From positions 20,894,001 to 20,958,000 of the forward strand of contig JBHGNT010000010.1 of the NCBI GenBank assembly GCA_043228905.1: a stretch of DNA of 64,000 nucleotides, written 5' to 3'. Below, one piece after another: positions 58,600-64,000 of this stretch (position 1 is its first letter; each line of letters opens with the position of its first letter). The DNA is from Azolla caroliniana. Its lineage: Eukaryota > Plantae > Polypodiophyta. The translations under genes were made by a program, and so were the position numbers. The notes below the pieces were generated by a model that was not told the DNA's origin, searched no databases, and saw nothing but the letters and a program-made list of their open reading frames with translations.

Positions 58600-61500
58600 A
58601 ACTAACTAATTAACCATGGAGAGGCTAGGAAAGGGATTGAAAAGGGTCGTTGCAAATATCAACCATAATATTGGTCAAGCCTTTGAGGTTGACAGCCAAG
58701 CTAAATTTTGCAAGATACAATGCCCAGAGAACATGACACTATGAGATAACCCTAGGAAATCATGGTTGCAATTTCCTTTTACTATTACTAAAAAAATTAA
58801 GGAAAAGTTAAAGGAGAAATTCTCGATGTAGCATGTGAAAAGTTAAAGAAGAAATCTATTTTCTTTATTTGGGTTAAATCAATGTCTTGACATGATGGTT
58901 TCCCTTAACATCCAACTTTTGGTGAAAGCATGGGATGATGCACTACTTGACAAGAATTTGTTGCAAGGTACTCTCGAGATGGAGAAAATGCTTAATAAGA
59001 GAATACATAGGATCGATGCCTTGTTCTTAGAAGGACCTAAAACATGGAACATGATGCATTTACAACATGCATATTTTAATGAGATACAAACATTGAGGAC
59101 ATGTATTTATCTCTTTCCATTGTGGATATAAGAAAGCAGTGGGAATGATCCACCATAAGATGACATCATTTACCAAGAATGCTCACAAAAGTTCTGTCTT
59201 AAATTATAACTAATGGGAATAATTAAAGAAGAAGAAAAAAATGATTTGTTGGATAATAAAAAAATGCATATGTTGTTGCTTTGAGCAATGACCACATGGG
59301 GAGACAAGAGGAAGTTCAATTGAAAGAGAACCATCCTATTTTGGGGCAATTTTGGTGATAGCTCCATTTAACTCTATGTGTATTAATGTGAGTATGATTG
59401 CAAATAGATTTACAAGTTTGATGGATGGAAGGTATAAATGTGTATATATTGTTTGAGAATGTGTGGGCTAGTTCTATGACAAGATAAATATATGTGCAAT
59501 ATAATATATTATTTGAAAGTATTGAGGATTACAAATGACAAGCACAAGTGTTCTATCTATGACTACTCATAGGGATGGCCATGGCTAAAGTAATTCAAGA
59601 TGAAATCCATGCAAAACACATTTGTTCAAGCCATCTTCGTCAATACTTAACAAAATGAGAGAGAGAGAGAGAGAGAGCCCAAATGGAGACTAGGTGGTCA
59701 TGGGTTCAAGTTTCAACCCCTACATTCCACAGTGGCACCTAGTGAATGAAGAGTACATGAAGTATATAATAGAGAGGTGAGGAAATTGGGTTTCGAACCC
59801 ATGACGCAATGCTTGTAGTGAGAGAGCGAGCTAACAAGAGAAAAATTCTTTAATTTTATAAATTATAGTATCTTGTACATGATTCTCAACCTTGGTACAA
59901 TAATTGACCACTCCCTTTTGAGGAACAATGGTTGGGCCATGAGTTGAACCAAACAAATGGTGGATGAGAAGTGTTGATGTGAAAATTTGCCAACTATTGT
60001 CTCCCATTTGGACATTGATAGAAAGAGTGGTGCATTGAATATTTTACATGTTTAGTAATTAGGCCTAACAATGTAATGCATAAAAGTGGCTTGGGAATCT
60101 AGGATTAGTTCTCACTTCATCAAATGAGTTTGTATTTGTATTTGTTTGCTTACGGAACATATGAGCTAGAAATCTCGTTCTATTGAACCCTCTATTGTAA
60201 TCCATTTTTAGCACTATTCCAACAATAATATGATATTTGTATTCTCACGTATTTGTGCATCCTTGTGTTTTTATTTAGTACTTGACATGCTATCATAGCT
60301 ATAAAGGTTTTGCCAACTTGTTATTTGACAAGAGTTGTGGAGGATATCCAATCAAAGGAGGGGATGACTAATCAAAATTTGTGTGCCTTCAATGTAGAAC
60401 ACTTCAACAAGACATGTTGGAAGTGACCCATCCTACCTATGGTCAATTTGTATATATGTTCCTAACAATGTCTCAGATACCTCGTGCAAAATATGAAGAT
60501 ATTCATTTAAGTCTATGTTTTCAAATCATCTTCCTACTAGCTAGATCATAGAATTTATGTGCCTCGGAATATAAGTTTAATTAGAGAATATGCACATCTT
60601 GCTCTTGTCTTCAAGCTTTGTGTGATCTTTTGTTAAGTATGTAGAAGGTATGTATATATGTGGTAGAAGATTTTGTCACTACATATCCCTCCTATGGAAA
60701 TATCTACTTCACGGTTGTTGCGAAACTTCTGTTGAGTATGTTAATTGCAATGTTTATTTCCCCTACTGAAAAAAGTCATGTAGTTTCACTCCCTTGGTTA
60801 TAGATTGAGCCATTTTCAGAATGGCCTAGTTTTGATGTATTAGTTACTTCATTTCCTTGAGCAATATGCAAATCCATCAACCACCTAGGAATTCCTCATG
60901 GCATATATACTCGTCAAACTATCCTGAAAGAAATTCTCCTTACAAATCAACCTAAATAAATTCACAAACATGTTTTATTGTTGATGAGCCTCAACCTTCT
61001 TCTTAAGAAAATATACTCACATTATCCTACTATAGCCATTTATCAAGTACATAAGATGATTCACCTAATGCTTTCTTCTTTATCTTTTTGCTGAGTTTGA
61101 CCAATCCCACGAAGGCTTTGTTCTCTAGGTCATCTACCTAGGAATTCCCATCTAGTCCCAAGGATTTTAGATTATGGTCTCATCCCAATTTTTTTTAGCT
61201 TCCATCATGTGCTCATAGACTAACCCATTCCCTATATTTAGGATTTTGGCCTCATTCCACATCTCATATCAATCCCATGAAAATTACCAAGCATTGATCA
61301 TTGCCATGTTGTGTTGAGGCAGCATTAACAACTAAAAAAATGTTGTCGCAAAAATGGAATATAGCTATTTTCCCATGCTAGCAATTCCATTGCAATTATC
61401 ACAATCATGACCACATTGTTCTTTGAACCTATTATTCCCATGAACTCAACGTGTAGTTTTGTTTAAGATATCATTGGAATCTAGTATCATGTTGTGTTGA

Positions 61501-62400
61501 GATAGCATCAACAACTAAAACATTGTTGTCACAACAATTGAATATAAAGATTTCCCCATTATAGCAATTCCATTGCAATTATCACAATCATGACCACATT
61601 GTTCTTCAAACCTATTATTCCCATGAACTCAAGGTGTAGTTCTGTTTAGGAGGTCATTGGAATCTAGTGTGGTTGACACCTTGAACTTCCACAATGTCTA
61701 GTTCACTCCATTGAGTTGGACCTAGTGAGCCTTGAAAAACTCAATTCAGCTCAAGTTGGAGTGCCACTTCTGAAGAGGGAAAGTTGACTCCATGATGATG
61801 AAGAAAGTTCATAGGTTGGATGTCATACAACAAGATTGAGAAGGTCCACAAGAATTTACAAGTAGACATGATGGAATCATGCAATGGATCAATTGGTCAA
61901 CCTCACACTTATGAGAATGATGATTGAAGATGATGAGGAGTTTAGCTTTGTAGACGATGCATTGATGGATTTGAGGTTGGAAAAGGAAAGGTGGAAATGT
62001 ATTTTGGATAACTAGACTTGGGACTTAGTGGGTACATTACACAAAATGGTCATAGGGAAGAAGTGGGCATGGAAGATTGATGATAAGGCTTATGATTCCA
62101 TGGATAAATATAATGTAGGACTTGTGGTGTGAGGGTATGCACCAAAGAAGAGAGCATATTTTGAGGAATCATTGGCTTTGAATACAAGCCTCTGAATTAT
62201 TTGAGCATTTTAAAGTTTGCCTTTCTAATGGATATCTCAACGAGGGGGGTGATAGTGAAACAAATGGAAGGACTTGAGGTTGCAAAAAGCTCTTTATGGA
62301 CTGACGCAAGCCTCAAGGGCCTAATATGAGAGGATCGATGTATTGATCATGGTTGTTAGAGTTAGGAGATGCCTAGCTAATTTGCCCTCTTTGTCAAAAT
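58600..62400 (+). mobile_element. Heavily decayed Copia-derived sequence
   Basis: RLQKALYGLTQASRA*YERID at ~62277-62340 and a weaker similar segment near 59000; boundaries unclear. Confidence 0.5.
61305..61668. repeat. Diverged tandem duplication, ~183-bp period, 2 copies
   Basis: CATGTTGTGTTGAG...TCATTGGAATCTAGT starts at 61305 and 61488. Confidence 0.85.
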
Positions 62401-63057
62401 AGAGGGTGAGCAAATAGTAACACTTGAGGAAAATTGTGCAAATTTATGTCTTCATGAAATGGTTAGGACCTAACCGGAGTAAGAAGCCATGACAACTCAT
62501 TCCAACGTGAGAATACTAACACATAAATATAGACCAACCAATGGTGTGTGAGCTCGGGCAATTGAATGATGCGAGAGTTCGCAAGTAGAAGAAGACATGA
62601 GGGTTCAGGGATAAAAGATAAAGTAGAATTTGAATTGACGAGGAGGATATGGTAGGTATGACTAAAGAGCTTGAGAGGGCATTTTGATGTGGAAAATGCA
62701 ATGCGTGGACAATAGAAAGAATAGTGCATTGAGTGTGGTGGGTCTCAGAACCTAGGGTATAAAAGTGGATCTTAATGTGTATTCTAGGGTTAATTCATCA
62801 TTTACCCATGGAGTTTTATCTACATGTAAGCTAAATTAGGTGCGCATGACCTAAAGCTCCCTCTTATTGGATTAAACACTCTACCGATAATGCCAATCTC
62901 TTTCTTCACCATCACATACTTTGTGGTGAGAGTATCTTCTGTCCATTGCAAGGGTGTCCACGTAGAGCATTCGATGAGCGGGGTTCTGCGGTCTCACGGA
63001 CATGTGCCCGCCCAAAAGAGACTAAGCCACACCTAAGACCACCAACATTCTTGTTTT

Positions 63058-63185
63058 GCTCTCTCTCTCTCTCTCTCTCTAGACACACACACACACACAC
63101 TTCCTCTCTCTCTCTCTCTCTCTAGACACACACACACACACACACTTCCTCTCTCTCTCTCTAGACACACACACACACACACTTC

Positions 63186-63216
<31 letters not shown>
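63058..63216. repeat. Compound microsatellite [(CT)n-AG-(AC)n-TTC]x3 upstream of the PP2A gene
   Basis: Directly visible. Confidence 0.9.
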
Positions 63217-63421
63217 TCCTTCTCAAGATGCTCCGGTAATGGGCGAATTTCCTCTCCATAACCTCACCAGTGAAGATGACGCCCCGACAGAAAGATTTCC
63301 TTCAAGAATCACACAAAACACAGAGACCCTGCCCCGCTGCCCTGTTCCCCGTCCCAAACCCTAGTTTCATGTCTCTGACGCTAATCTCATAACCCTAAAT
63401 CTTAATCCTAATTTCATCATC

Positions 63422-64000
63422 ATGTTAGCCAAGCTATTCACCATGGCTCTGATGAAGCCATCATCAGATCGAGAAATGCCAGAAGGAGGAGGAAACCACA
63501 ACTTCAGAGGTAAGAAGCATCTCCTAAGCTTTACTCCATCTCTGCACGACTCATCTTCATCATCAGAAGAGAGATCTGCTATTGAAGATCTCTTGTTAAC
63601 AAGATTCTGCATCTGCTGTGTCATATTCGATTTCACAAACCCTAAAAAGAAAGTAGAAGAGAAACAGATCAAGAGAGAAGCTCTGCTAGAGCTTCTTGAT
63701 TACATGCCCTCTGTAGCAGGAAGCTTCACAGATACAGTAATGGAAGAATTCGTGAGTATGATAGAGTTAAATATTTTCAGATCTTTACCTCCACGCGATG
63801 AAGAAGGAACGCTATTAGCTATGGATCTCTCATGGTTTCATCTTCAGCTTGTGTATGATATTCTGGTCAGATTCATCGAATCAAAAGAACTCGATCCAAG
63901 GGTAGCTTCGAAATATATAAACCATAGCTTCCTTGAGAAACTTCTTGGTTTATTTAATTCCACCCCATACCCTCCAGAGAGAGAGATGCTAAAGACATTG
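63422..64000 (+). CDS. PP2A regulatory subunit B'/B56 family, N-terminal part (runs off the window)
   Basis: Open frame from ATG 63422: CCVIFDFTNP, EKQIKREALLELLDY, NIFRSLPP, SWFHLQLVYD, KYINHSF..KLLGLF, EREMLKT, all B56 signature motifs. Confidence 0.88.
   Translation, partial: MLAKLFTMALMKPSSDREMPEGGGNHNFRGKKHLLSFTPSLHDSSSSSEERSAIEDLLLTRFCICCVIFDFTNPKKKVEEKQIKREALLELLDYMPSVAGSFTDTVMEEFVSMIELNIFRSLPPRDEEGTLLAMDLSWFHLQLVYDILVRFIESKELDPRVASKYINHSFLEKLLGLFNSTPYPPEREMLKTL

Noticed and set aside
63367-63672. 101-aa minus-strand ORF
   Set aside because: Antisense shadow of the PP2A B' coding frame.

Overview
Plant nuclear DNA. The host is probably a non-seed vascular plant such as a fern, inferred only from the PPR motif style and the retroelement lineages. 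Bases 1 to ~44.6 kb are a GC-rich nest of LTR retrotransposons whose insertion order can be rebuilt from target-site duplications (TSDs). Nest 1: Copia F (3120-23066) holds Gypsy G (5029-20461), which holds Gypsy I/H (9068-19905), which holds Copia-type solo LTR K. Nest 2: Copia J (24719-~44595) holds an unusual insertion C (27030-43274). C has the same LTR end at both termini in inverted orientation inside one 5-bp TSD. C holds solo LTR D and non-autonomous element B, and B holds an intact, very young Gypsy A (35604-42769). The dominant Gypsy family (A, B, D, E1, G, H, I) is tRNA-Trp primed and makes 4-bp CpG-centred TSDs. It carries the protease (DHG motif) in ORF1 and appears to reach RT-RH-IN through a -1 frameshift at G-GAU-UUU followed by a pseudoknot. 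From ~44.6 kb the DNA is AT-rich. It holds a decayed L1 ending in (CCCTAAA)3, PPR fragments, an intact PLS-class PPR gene with an eroded E+/DYW tail, a possible bHLH relic, decayed Copia, and the 5' part of a divergent PP2A B'/B56 gene that runs off the window. All alignments and counts were done by eye.
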